Made by a program: the position numbers and the translations under genes. Positions 9,034 through 18,018 of a stretch of DNA of 64,000 nt are shown in pieces. This stretch comes from Nannocystis bainbridge (GTDB lineage Bacteria > Myxococcota_A > Polyangia > Nannocystales > Nannocystaceae): the NCBI RefSeq assembly GCF_028368995.1, contig NZ_JAQNDL010000004.1, positions 608,001 to 672,000 on the forward strand, given 5' to 3'. Below the pieces are notes generated by a model that saw nothing but the letters and a program-made list of their open reading frames with translations, was not told the DNA's origin and ran no database searches. Positions within the stretch are counted from its first letter, which is position 1. Every line of letters begins with the position of its first letter.

Positions 9034-10706
9034 TCAATCCTTCACCGAGTCGTTGAGGACGTAGCCGGTGACGGTCTGGACGCCGCCCTGGGGGTCGACG
9101 AAGGTGATGCGGCCGGTGGGGTGCTGTTGCGAGACGAAGATCTGTCGCGCAGCAGGACGGCCGCGCGCGCGCCGTCAGGGGTGAAGAGGATCGGGCCGGG
9201 GTGGGCCTCGGTGTTCTGCCGCTTGAGCAGGGGGAAGGCGGGGGTGAGGTCGAACAGGCTGTAAGACCAGCGGTCGTCGGTCAGCACCGGGTGGCCGTCG
9301 TGGACGAGGATGGCGTTGCGGCTGTCGGGAGCGATGCCGACGCTGATGATCGGGACCTCGACGAACAGGGTGACGAGGTCCCAGGCGTCGCCGTCGCGCC
9401 GCGCGAGGGTGATGCGCTGGCGCGGGTCGGGCCACGGGCCGTCATCGCCGGTGGTGCCGCTGGTGGTGGTGCCGGTGGTGGTCGAGTCGTCGCCGGTGGT
9501 GCCGCTGGTGGTCGAGTCGTCGCCGGTGGTCGAGGAGGAGGAGGACGACGTGGAAAGGTAGACGGCGTGGTCGTCGAACAGCGGGAGGTCGGCGGTCGGG
9601 GCCTCGGTCAGCGCGAACGGGTTGACGGTGGTGTAGAGCAGCATGGTGTCGCCGTCGGCGGCCAGGCTGGCGAGGCCGACGTACTCGCCGGGGACCTCGT
9701 GCTCGACGAACTCACCGGGGCCGAGCGGGAGCGGGACCTCTAGGAAGCGGCTGCCGCCGGAGCTCGGGAGGGTGAGCACGGCGAACTCACCGGAGGCGGC
9801 GACGTCGAGGTCGGTGGGGACGCCGGGCAGGTCGAGCACGGTGAGCTCGCCGCCGGGCAGCTGCGTGACCGCGAGCCACGGCTCGCCGTCGACGCGCGCG
9901 AGGGCGATGCCGAGGCCGGCGACGATCTGGACCTCGAGCGTGGCGGGGTCGATGCCGGGATCCTTGACGACGGGCAACAGCGGCGGCTTGCCGACGGCGC
10001 CGAGGCTGGCGAAGGCGATGACGTTGACGCCGGCGGCAGTGATGACGTAGGCGGCGCTCTCGTCGGGGGCGAACACGACCTCGCGCGGGTGAGCGCCGAC
10101 GGTCATCTCGTAGGACTTGCCGGCGGCGACGTCGAGCACGGACAGCTCCTGGTCGCTGCCGGCGCCGAGCTGCTCGGGGCCGTCGACGTCGTGGTAGACG
10201 AACACGTAGTTGCCACCCGGCGAGACGGCGAGGTTGTTGGCGCCGGGGGTGACCTTGTGGATGACGACGCTGGTGGCGCCGGCCTCGCTGGTGCGCAGGA
10301 CGGCGACGTCGTTGCTGCCCTGATCGAGGACGACGACGCTGCCGGCGTCGCCGGGCTGGCCGGGGATCGGTTCGACGACGGTGGGGCCCTGGCCGACCTC
10401 GACGACGTCGATGACGAGGTTGGCGGTGTCGATGACGGCGACCGAGTCGGTGGTCTGACTGGCGCTGTAGACGTACTTGCCGCTGGCCCTGGGGACGCGG
10501 AAGTCGCCCTCGTCCTCGGTCTCGGGCGGTGGGTCGCCGGTGGTGGTCGGCGAGTCGCCGGTGCCGCCGCTGTTGCCCTCGGTGCCGCCGGTGCTGCCGT
10601 AGCTGGTGATGCTGTCGTAGTAGCCGGACGCGTTGCCGCCGTCGTCGCCGCAGGCGGCGAGGAGGCTGAGACAGACGGGCCACATCGATACGGGGTGCCG
10701 GGGCAT
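9034..10706 (-). pseudogene. YncE/YVTN-like beta-propeller lipoprotein, paralog 2, with a frameshifting internal deletion near the 3' end
   Basis: Lipobox CLSLLAAC; highly similar to 10842..12467. After ...AVLLRD (9144), about 112 bp present in the paralog are missing. The conserved tail IFVSQQHPTGRITF...GYVLNDSVKD* continues in another frame to the stop at 9034. Confidence 0.75.
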
Positions 10707-10841
10707 CGGAGGATCTCCAGAGGTGCGAGGCGGCGCGGGGGCGCGGCGCTCGTGGACGGAGTAACCGCGGGCCGCAGAAAAATTGCGGGCGACGAAACCC
10801 GCCGCGCGCACGGGCGGGCGGGCGCGCTCGGCCGCGCGGCG

Positions 10842-12467
10842 TCAGTCTTTGACCGAGTCGTTGAGGACGTAGCCGGTGACGGTCTGGACGTCGCCGTCGG
10901 GGCCGATGAAGGTGATCCGGCCGGTCGGGTGGGCCTGCGAGACGAAGACCTTTTGCGTCGAGTCGACGTAGCCGGCGCCCTCGGGCGGTGAGCCGAGCAG
11001 CAGCGGCTTGACGATGAAGTTGTCGAGGTTGACGAGGTCGACCTTGCGCACGGCGGTGGCGTCGTCGCGCAGGAGGACGGCGGCGCGGTCGCCCTCGGGG
11101 GTGAAGAGGATCGGGCCGGGCGGGGCGAGGGTGGTCTGCCGCTTGAGCAGCGGGTAGGCGGGGGTGAGGTCGAACAGGCTGTACGACCAGGCGGCCGGCT
11201 GGGCGGCGGGATCGAGGTCGTGGACGAGGATCGCGCTGCGGCTGTCGGGCGCGAGGCCGGCGCTGACGAGCGGGACCTCGACGAACAGGGTGACGAGGTC
11301 CCAGGCGTCGCCGTCGCGGCGGGCGAGGGTGATGCGCTGGCGCGGGTCGGGCTGCGGGCTGTCGGCGGGGAACGGGTCGACGGTGGCGTAGAGCAGGAGG
11401 GTGTCGCCGCTGCCGGCGACGCTGGCGAGGCCGACGTACTCGCCGGGGACGTCGTGGGCGACGAACTCGCCGGGGCCGAGCGGGAGCGGGACCTCGAGGA
11501 AGCGGCTGCCGCCGGCCTCGGGGAGGGTGAGGACGGCGAAATCACCGGTGGGGGCGACGTCGAGGTCGGTGGGGACGCCGGGCAGGTCGAGCACGGTGAG
11601 CTCGCCGCCGGGCAGCTGCGTGATCGCCAGCCAGGGCTCGCCGTCGACGCGCGCGAGGGCGAGGCGCTCGGCAGCGACGATCTGGACCTCGACGCGGGCC
11701 GGGTCGACGCCGGGATCCTTGACGACGGGCAAGAGCGGCGGCTTGCCGACTTCGCCGAGCGCGGCGAACGAGATGACGTTGACGCCGGCGGCGGTGACGA
11801 TCCAGGCGGTGGTCTCGTCGGGGGCGAACACGACGTCGCGCGGGTGGGCGCCGACGGTCATGCGGTGGGTGAGGCCGGCGGCGACGTCGAGCACGGTGAG
11901 CTCCTGGTCGCTGCCGGGGCCCTGCTGCTCGGGGCCGTCGACGTCGTGGTAGACGAACACGTAGTTGCCGCCGGGCGAGACGGCGAGGTTGTTGGCGCCG
12001 GGGGTGACCTTGTGGATCTCGACGGTGGTGCCGCCGGTCTGGCCGGTGCGGAGGATTGCGATGTCGTTGCTGCCCTGGTCGAGCACGACGACGCTGCCAG
12101 CGTCGCCGGGCTGGCCGGGGATCGGCTCGACGACGGTGGGGCCCTGGCCGACCTCGACGACGTCGATGGCGAGGTTGGCGGTGTCGATGACGGCGACCGA
12201 GTCGGTCGACTCGCTGGCGCTGTAGACGTATTTGCCGCTGGCTTTGGGGACGCGGAAGTCGCCGTCGTCCTCGGTCTCGGGCGGGGGCGGCTCGCCAGCG
12301 CCGGTGCCGGTGCCGTCGGTGCCGTCGGTGCCGAGGCCGTTGCTGTCACCGCTGTCCCAACCACCCTCGGTGTCGCCGCCGCCGTAGCTGCCGCTGTCCA
12401 TGGCACAGCCGGCGAGCGATACGACGAGACACAGGGGCAACGTCCACGCGAATCGCAGAGGCGTCAT
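10842..12467 (-). CDS. YncE/YVTN-like beta-propeller lipoprotein, paralog 1
   Basis: Lipobox VVSLAGC; YVYSASESTDSVAVID...VEVGQGP and VGAHPRDVVFAPD are YVTN-like repeats. Confidence 0.8.
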   Translation of the reverse strand: MTPLRFAWTLPLCLVVSLAGCAMDSGSYGGGDTEGGWDSGDSNGLGTDGTDGTGTGAGEPPPPETEDDGDFRVPKASGKYVYSASESTDSVAVIDTANLAIDVVEVGQGPTVVEPIPGQPGDAGSVVVLDQGSNDIAILRTGQTGGTTVEIHKVTPGANNLAVSPGGNYVFVYHDVDGPEQQGPGSDQELTVLDVAAGLTHRMTVGAHPRDVVFAPDETTAWIVTAAGVNVISFAALGEVGKPPLLPVVKDPGVDPARVEVQIVAAERLALARVDGEPWLAITQLPGGELTVLDLPGVPTDLDVAPTGDFAVLTLPEAGGSRFLEVPLPLGPGEFVAHDVPGEYVGLASVAGSGDTLLLYATVDPFPADSPQPDPRQRITLARRDGDAWDLVTLFVEVPLVSAGLAPDSRSAILVHDLDPAAQPAAWSYSLFDLTPAYPLLKRQTTLAPPGPILFTPEGDRAAVLLRDDATAVRKVDLVNLDNFIVKPLLLGSPPEGAGYVDSTQKVFVSQAHPTGRITFIGPDGDVQTVTGYVLNDSVKD

Positions 12468-12509
12468 CAGAGGCTCCAATGGTTCAAGTCAGTCAAGGCA
12501 AGGAGAAGG

Positions 12510-12578
12510 AGCCTCGATGCTAGCCCGCGGTCCGGGAGGCAGCAAGAGGGGCCGCCAGCGCGGGCTAGCATCGAGGCT
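12510..12578. promoter_or_regulatory. Perfect 20-bp inverted repeat with a 29-bp spacer in the operon leader
   Basis: AGCCTCGATGCTAGCCCGCG (12510-12529) pairs with CGCGGGCTAGCATCGAGGCT (12559-12578). On the minus strand it is followed by a pyrimidine-rich tract before the start at 12467. Confidence 0.6.
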
Positions 12579-12695
12579 GAACGGCGGACGGCGGTAAGGC
12601 GGCCGGGGCTTGCGCCATGAACGGGCGGACGCAACGCTTTCGCGGACGGGGGACGGGCGGGCGAGCGGGGCTCGGCGGCGCGGGACGTGAGCGGA

Positions 12696-12930
12696 TGTCC
12701 CGGAAGACATGTCGCCGCGGACGGGCGTGAGCGAATGTCCCGGAGGCGCGGCGTCGTCGGGTGGGAGCGGCTGGCCGAGAGAGTCTGTCCCGGAGGACAT
12801 GTAGAATCGGGCAGGTCTTATCGTTGTCCTGGAGGACATGTCGCCCGGGGCGACATGGAATGTCCCGGAGGGCATGTCGCGGGGGACATGCCTTGAAGAA
12901 CATGTCCTCGGAGGCATGCTCCGAGGGGCA
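12696..12930. repeat. Large cluster (about 12 units) of the 14-bp palindromic element
   Basis: Units at 12696, 12710, 12736, 12786, 12800 and 12825, a 17-bp variant at 12839, then five in register at 12861, 12875, 12889, 12903 and 12917, ending 3 bp from the stop at 12934. Confidence 0.88.
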
Positions 12931-12933
12931 GGC

Positions 12934-14832
12934 TCAGCGCTCGGCGAGCACGACCACGCGGTCGCCGGCGGCGAGGCGGATCCGGGCCGACTTGCGCGGG
13001 TTGAGGGCGACGCCGTAGGCCTGCTCGGGGTCGTGGGCGCGGGCGGCGAGGCGGTAGCCGAGGGCGATCTCGCCGCGGCGGGCGGCGGCCTCGACGACGG
13101 CGTAGAAGTCGATGTCGGCGCCGGGCTGGACGTAGTCGCGGGCCGGCTTGAGGTAGATCTCGTGGCCCTCGGGCGACAGCAGGTCGTCGAGCACGGCGGC
13201 CATGCGCCGGTTCTCGCTGACCTGCGAGACGACCAGGGAGACGAGGGTGTTGCTGATGATGAAGTCGTCGGCCTCGGTGACGGCCGCGAGGTCGCGGTTC
13301 TGGCCGTCGAGCATCTCGCTGGTGATCGGGACCGTCTTGCCCTGGCGGCGCAGGATGTCGCGCAGGTGCAGGAGGGTGATCATGGTCCGCGAGTCGGTCA
13401 TCTCCTGGGTGCGGCCCTCGGTCTCGGCGAGCACGAGGATGTTGTCGAAGCCGCCGACGTCGAGGCCGTCGAGGACGGCGCGGTCGGTGACGTCGCCGAC
13501 GCGCACGGTGACGGCGGTGTGCTGCAGGGCGTCGCCGCCGAGCCGGCTCTCGAGGTGGCGGGCCTCGCCGACGACGAGCACGGTCGAGCCGGGGGCGACG
13601 TAGGCGTCGAGCTCGCGCAGGACCAGCGGCAAGAGCTGGCTCTCGCCGAGCACGAGGGTCTTCTCGGGGCGCTGGTCGGCGTGCGGGTGCAGCGGGGCGA
13701 GGTCGGCGTCGGCGACCGCGGTCGGCCGGCCGTTGGCGATCACGGTGTCGTCGTCGCGGCTGATGGCGATGACCTGATCGCCGGCCTCGAACCGGCGGTC
13801 GAACGGCGGCGGCATCAGCCGCTCGCCCGCGGCGGTGTAGACGCCGACGAGGGCGCTGTCCTCGTAGGCGAACAGGCCCTCGCGGAAGGTCTTGCCGACC
13901 AGCAGCGGCTGGCTCTGGATGTAGAGCTCGTCGCCGCTGAACGACAGCAGCTCGGTGTAGACGACGGACAGGCCCGACTGGCGGCCGGTCTGCACCAGCA
14001 CGCGGCTGACGAGCGGAGGGGTGAGGATGAGGCCGGCGGCGTCGCCGACGACCATGCGCGCGACCGAGAGGGTCTTGTCGCTCTTGATCTCGGCGACCAC
14101 GTGCGGCGGCTTGCCGGCCTTGTCGCCGGCCTTGGCGACGGCGAGCAAGGTCTTGAGGACGACGGTGTCGGCCTCGGGCCCGTCGGGCGACATGACGATG
14201 ACGGAGCGCGCCTCGCCGAGGTTGACGAGGTCGAGGTCGCGGCGCACGAGCGGGCTGCCGGTGCGGGTGACGACGCGCATCGAGAGGTCGCCGAGCACGC
14301 TCCGGACCTCGTCGTCCATGGCGACCTTGTCGTGGTCGGCGAGGATGACGACGGAGGCGCCGGGGCGGTTGGCGTTGGCCTCGGCGAGCTCGGTGAGGAG
14401 GGCGTGGATCTTGCCGGTCCAGCCGAGGATGACGGTGTGGTCGCGCTCGATGACGACGCTCCGACCCTTGCGCAGGCGGTCGAGGATCTGGGCGAAGCCG
14501 CCGGAGAGGACGCCGATCAGGGCGGAGAACACGAAGATGCCGCCGAACGAGACGGCGAGCATGACGAACAGGAAGCTCCACGAGCCGACGTCGCCGCCGA
14601 CGGCCCCGGGGTCGATGGCGTGCATCAGCCCGAGCCAGACGAGCCGCCCGAACGAGACCGGCTCGCCGTCGTGACCCTGGGGGCTCAAACCGGTGAGGGT
14701 GAGCAGGGTCGAGGTGACGAGGATCAGGACGAGGGTGACGATCGCCAGCATGGCGATCTGCGAGCCGACCCCGCGCGCCATGGCGTTGTCGAAGCGATAG
14801 CGCAGCCTCTGCCTCAAGGTCGCGGATGGCAC
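12934..14832 (-). CDS. CASTOR/POLLUX (DMI1)-like ion channel with RCK/TrkA-type domains
   Basis: RLRYRFDN N-terminus, TM helices around a pore-like segment (LMHAIDPGAVGGD), RKGRSVVIERDHTVILGW, RQSGLSVVYTELLSFSGDELY and EGHEIYLKP. GTG start inferred. Confidence 0.85.
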   Translation of the reverse strand: MPSATLRQRLRYRFDNAMARGVGSQIAMLAIVTLVLILVTSTLLTLTGLSPQGHDGEPVSFGRLVWLGLMHAIDPGAVGGDVGSWSFLFVMLAVSFGGIFVFSALIGVLSGGFAQILDRLRKGRSVVIERDHTVILGWTGKIHALLTELAEANANRPGASVVILADHDKVAMDDEVRSVLGDLSMRVVTRTGSPLVRRDLDLVNLGEARSVIVMSPDGPEADTVVLKTLLAVAKAGDKAGKPPHVVAEIKSDKTLSVARMVVGDAAGLILTPPLVSRVLVQTGRQSGLSVVYTELLSFSGDELYIQSQPLLVGKTFREGLFAYEDSALVGVYTAAGERLMPPPFDRRFEAGDQVIAISRDDDTVIANGRPTAVADADLAPLHPHADQRPEKTLVLGESQLLPLVLRELDAYVAPGSTVLVVGEARHLESRLGGDALQHTAVTVRVGDVTDRAVLDGLDVGGFDNILVLAETEGRTQEMTDSRTMITLLHLRDILRRQGKTVPITSEMLDGQNRDLAAVTEADDFIISNTLVSLVVSQVSENRRMAAVLDDLLSPEGHEIYLKPARDYVQPGADIDFYAVVEAAARRGEIALGYRLAARAHDPEQAYGVALNPRKSARIRLAAGDRVVVLAER

Positions 14833-15237
14833 GTCGCGGCGCGTTCTATCACAACGGCCGGGGCAGGCCGCGGCGATAATTCCCGGGCGGCGCAGGAACG
14901 GTGATTCTGTCCACGACGACAGGCGCTCGCAGGTTGCACGGGCGCAAGACGAACCCGGAGCCAGGCCGAGAGGTTGCAGGTGCACGCCGGGGCAGCGAGG
15001 CGGCGGTCCGCCTGGGCAGAGCCGGGCGGGTCAAGGCGAACGCGGGGCCAGGCGAGGCCGGCCGAGGGGCCGCGCGCGTGAAGCCGGCAGGCCACGGTGA
15101 ACGAGGCGTGGCGGCGGCGCGAGCGAAGGGTCGGGGGCGCGCGGGCGGTCGCGCTGGCAGGAACGGCGTCGGGTCGCAGCAATCGTCTGCGCGGGCGCGC
15201 GCGGGTGGTCAGCGCCGCTTCCGCAGCCGGCGGTGGG

Positions 15238-15265
15238 TGGTCGTGGGGACATGTCCGAACGGTCA
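15238..15265. repeat. Two 14-bp palindromic units in a divergent intergenic region
   Basis: TGGTCGTGGGGACA/TGTCCGAACGGTCA; another unit, TGTCCACGACGACA, lies at 14908-14921. Confidence 0.65.
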
Positions 15266-15357
15266 TGTCGTGGCATTGGTCCGGCGCGGGCGGCGAGCGA
15301 GCGGCGGGGGTGATCGGGGTCGCAATCGCGGCAGGTCCGCCGGCGCACGGTGAGAGG

Positions 15358-16101
15358 ATGCAAACCGACGCAGCTCCAGGGACGATGGCGCGGGCGACCG
15401 CGGGGATCGAGGCGGTCGAGATCAAGCAGACGGTGGCGGCGACGGGCCACGCGCGCGCGCTGGCGGTGCTGGGGCTGCGGCCGCAGGGGGCGCTGTGGCG
15501 GCGCCTGTTCTTCTACGACACGCCCGGGCTCGAGCTGCACGCGGGCGGGGTGGTGCTGCGGGCCCGCGCGACGGTCGGCGAACCGGACGACTCGACGGTG
15601 AAGATCCGCCCGGTCGACCCCGCCCGGGTCGAGCGCTGGCGCGGGACGCCAGGCTTCAAGCTCGAGGCCGACATCGTCGGCGCGGCGGTGATCCGCTCGG
15701 CGTCGCTGACGAGCCGGCAAGGCCGGACGGAGATCGAGGCGGTGGCGCGCGGCGAGCGGGCGGTCGCCAAGCTGTTCTCGCAGGCGCAGGAGGCGTTCCT
15801 GGGCGCGCTGGCGCCGTCGCCGGTGGCGCTGGCGGAGCTGCTGTCGCTCGGGCCGGTGCATGTGCGCCGCTGGCAGGTGCGCCACCCGGGGCTGCCGCAG
15901 CGGATCTGCGCAGAGGCGTGGCGCATGCCCGACGGCGGCTCGCTGCTCGAGCTGTCGATCAAGGCCGATCCGGCGGCGGCGGCCTCGGCGGCGGCGGGGT
16001 TCTCGGGGTTCCTGGCGGAGTTGGGCATCGCGGTCCGTGAGGCGCCGGAGCCGAAGACGCGCACGGCGCTGACGTCGCTGGTGGCGGCGTCGCAGCGGTG
16101 A
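15358..16101 (+). CDS. CYTH-like (triphosphate tunnel) superfamily protein
   Basis: VEIK N-terminal motif, FFYDTPGLEL...GVVLRAR, DSTVKIRP and LELSIK; GAGG RBS before the ATG. Confidence 0.65.
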   Translation: MQTDAAPGTMARATAGIEAVEIKQTVAATGHARALAVLGLRPQGALWRRLFFYDTPGLELHAGGVVLRARATVGEPDDSTVKIRPVDPARVERWRGTPGFKLEADIVGAAVIRSASLTSRQGRTEIEAVARGERAVAKLFSQAQEAFLGALAPSPVALAELLSLGPVHVRRWQVRHPGLPQRICAEAWRMPDGGSLLELSIKADPAAAASAAAGFSGFLAELGIAVREAPEPKTRTALTSLVAASQR

Positions 16102-16277
16102 GGTCGAGCCGGGGGCTTCCCGAGAGCGATTGGGACGGGCGCGGTGCGAAGGGGATGGCGGTCGATGGGGCCGCGCGTGAGGCCCGGGCGCCCGAGCGCG
16201 ATTGAAAAGATATGTCCCGGGAGGCGGGTGCGCTGCGAAGGGCGACGGTTTGCGCTCCCGGAGGGCGCTCGTAAACT

Positions 16278-16347
16278 TGTTCAATGGGGCATGTTACATT
16301 GGACATGTCCATTGGAGCATGTTCGATAGAACATGTCCTTTGGGGAA
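16278..16347. repeat. AT-rich array of five 14-bp units between convergent genes
   Basis: TGTTCAATGGGGCA/TGTTACATTGGACA/TGTCCATTGGAGCA/TGTTCGATAGAACA/TGTCCTTTGGGGAA at an exact 14-bp period. Confidence 0.85.
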
Positions 16348-16396
16348 TATCCGATGGAGCTCATGACAAGGGGGCGGGTCCGAAGCCTCGCGGCGC

Positions 16397-17821
16397 TCAT
16401 GCGCCCGCGGTGAGGGGCGGGCCGAGGCCGTAGGTGGCGGGGTCGAGGGCGTAGCAGCCGGCGAGGATCGGGCCGCCGCGGGCCAGGCTGTCGCGGCTGG
16501 CGCGGGCGTGGGCGGCGAAGCGGCCGAGGGCCTCGAGGTCGTCGGTGGCGGCGAGGTCGGTGTGCTCGGCGACGAGCTGGAGGAGGAGCGGGAGGCAGTG
16601 CGCGCGGCCCCACCAGGCGGCGTTGAGCTCGGTGTGATCGCGGTCGAGGCTGAGGTCGACGAGGTTGGCGGAGCCGAGAGTGGCCCACGCGCCGTCGACG
16701 ATGCACAGCTTGGCGTGGGTGTAGATCTCGCGGTGGCCGTCGGCGTCGCTGCGGGCGAGCGCGGCGAGGGTGAAGCCGGGGCGCTGCGCGAGGGCGTTGA
16801 GCTGGGCGAAGGTCGGGCCGTAGCGGTGCTCGTGGGTGCGACCGTCGCGGGCGAGCGCGGCGACCTCGGCGGCGGCGCGGCCGATGGCGGCCATGGGCTC
16901 GCCCGGGACGACCATGACGACGCGGACGCCGCGACGCAGCGCGGCGTCGAGGGCGAGGAGGACGGCGTGCTGGCCGGGGTGCTGGTTCTCGATGTAGATG
17001 GTGCGCCGCGCGGCGGCGATGGCGGCGAGGTAGTGGGCGAGGATGGTGGCCTCGCCGGCGTCGCTTGCGAAATCGGGGGCGCCGACGATCGGGGTCGGGC
17101 CGCGGTAACCGTCAGGGGCGAGGGTGCGCGCGAGCTGGACCCGTACGTCGCCGCAGGCGGGCGGGAGGCGCCCGGGGTAGGCGAGCGGGCCGGCGCGCAG
17201 GTCGTCCGGCCACGGCGGGGCGTCCGGGTCCTGGCGAGCGAGGTTCCACCGCTGGACGAAGTTGTGCTCGGCGTCGGCGACGACGGGGCCCTGCAGCTCG
17301 AGGAAGGCGTCGTGCTTGTGGAGGCCGTGGTGATGGCCAGGGCGGGCGAGGGTGGAGTCGCTGAGGATCATGCCGCCGACGAAGGCGAGGGCGTCAGGCT
17401 GGCCGGCGTCGACGAGGAAGGCCTTCTGGTGGTGGCAGTGGGCGGGCTCGGCGGAGCTGTCCCAACGGGCAGCCCAGCCGGCGCGGCGGGCAGCGAGGAG
17501 CTGGCGCTCGGCGGGGCCGCCGAGGAAGACGTGACGGGTGCTCGAGAACCGCGGGTTGCGCCAGAACAGGACCCGCACGTCGAGGCCGCGGGCGTGGCAG
17601 CGATCGAGCAGGTCCCACCAGGCGAGGCCGTCAGGCAAGCGGAAATCGGGCTGGATGAAGGAGACGATGACCCACAGGCGGGTGCGGGCGGCGGCGACGG
17701 CGGCGGCGAGGCGCTCGAAGAACGGGAGGCCGTCGATCCACGGGACGACGCGGTTGCCGTCCCGCACGGGGTACGGGCCGTGATCGTCGGCGATGGCGAG
17801 CAGGCCGTCGTCCTCGTGCAC
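16397..17821 (-). CDS. Phospholipase D / cardiolipin synthase-like protein
   Basis: Two HKD motifs (HHQKAFLVD and HAKLCIVD...GSANL) and IYIENQ. GTG start inferred; the ORF extension upstream is translated repeat sequence. Confidence 0.88.
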   Translation of the reverse strand: MHEDDGLLAIADDHGPYPVRDGNRVVPWIDGLPFFERLAAAVAAARTRLWVIVSFIQPDFRLPDGLAWWDLLDRCHARGLDVRVLFWRNPRFSSTRHVFLGGPAERQLLAARRAGWAARWDSSAEPAHCHHQKAFLVDAGQPDALAFVGGMILSDSTLARPGHHHGLHKHDAFLELQGPVVADAEHNFVQRWNLARQDPDAPPWPDDLRAGPLAYPGRLPPACGDVRVQLARTLAPDGYRGPTPIVGAPDFASDAGEATILAHYLAAIAAARRTIYIENQHPGQHAVLLALDAALRRGVRVVMVVPGEPMAAIGRAAAEVAALARDGRTHEHRYGPTFAQLNALAQRPGFTLAALARSDADGHREIYTHAKLCIVDGAWATLGSANLVDLSLDRDHTELNAAWWGRAHCLPLLLQLVAEHTDLAATDDLEALGRFAAHARASRDSLARGGPILAGCYALDPATYGLGPPLTAGA

Positions 17822-17875
17822 GCGCCCCAGGATGCCCGGGCGCGCGGGCGCTGTCGAGTCGAGGGGGCGGCGCGA

Positions 17876-18012
17876 GGGCGCGCCGGAGATCGTAACATGT
17901 CGCGAGGGACATGTCCTCGGGGACATGCGATCAGGGGCGCGCCGGAGATCGGTACATGTCGCGAGGGACATGTCGCGAGGGACATGTCCTCGGGGTCATG
18001 CGCGCAGGGGCG
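17876..18012. repeat. Duplicated block containing arrays of the 14-bp element
   Basis: GGGCGCGCCGGAGATCG..ACATGTCGCGAGGGACATGTC occurs twice, 59 bp apart. Units at 17898, 17912, 17926 and at 17957, 17971, 17985, 17999. Confidence 0.85.
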
Positions 18013-18018
18013 GTCGGC

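Noticed and set aside
9143-9144. Deletion size (about 112 bp = 8 x 14) linked to the 14-bp element
   Set aside because: There is no element at the junction or in the corresponding paralog segment, and the size is only inferred from the paralog; likely coincidence.
12541-12557. Sigma54 promoter (TGGC...TTGC) on the minus strand inside the inverted repeat
   Set aside because: The GG-to-GC spacing is 11 nt instead of the required 10.
12696-12930. 14-bp arrays as a CRISPR array
   Set aside because: The units are contiguous, short and degenerate, with no unique 25-45 bp spacers and no cas genes in the window.
12489-13018. Small ORFs containing TCPRGHV/DMS peptides
   Set aside because: These are translations of the 14-bp DNA arrays, not proteins.
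16273-16340. Junctions of the element read as RRRCWWGYYY, the p53 half-site
   Set aside because: The resemblance is real, but this is bacterial DNA and isolated copies show the unit is TGTCC-N4-GGACA rather than the junction decamer. Treated as coincidence or convergence.
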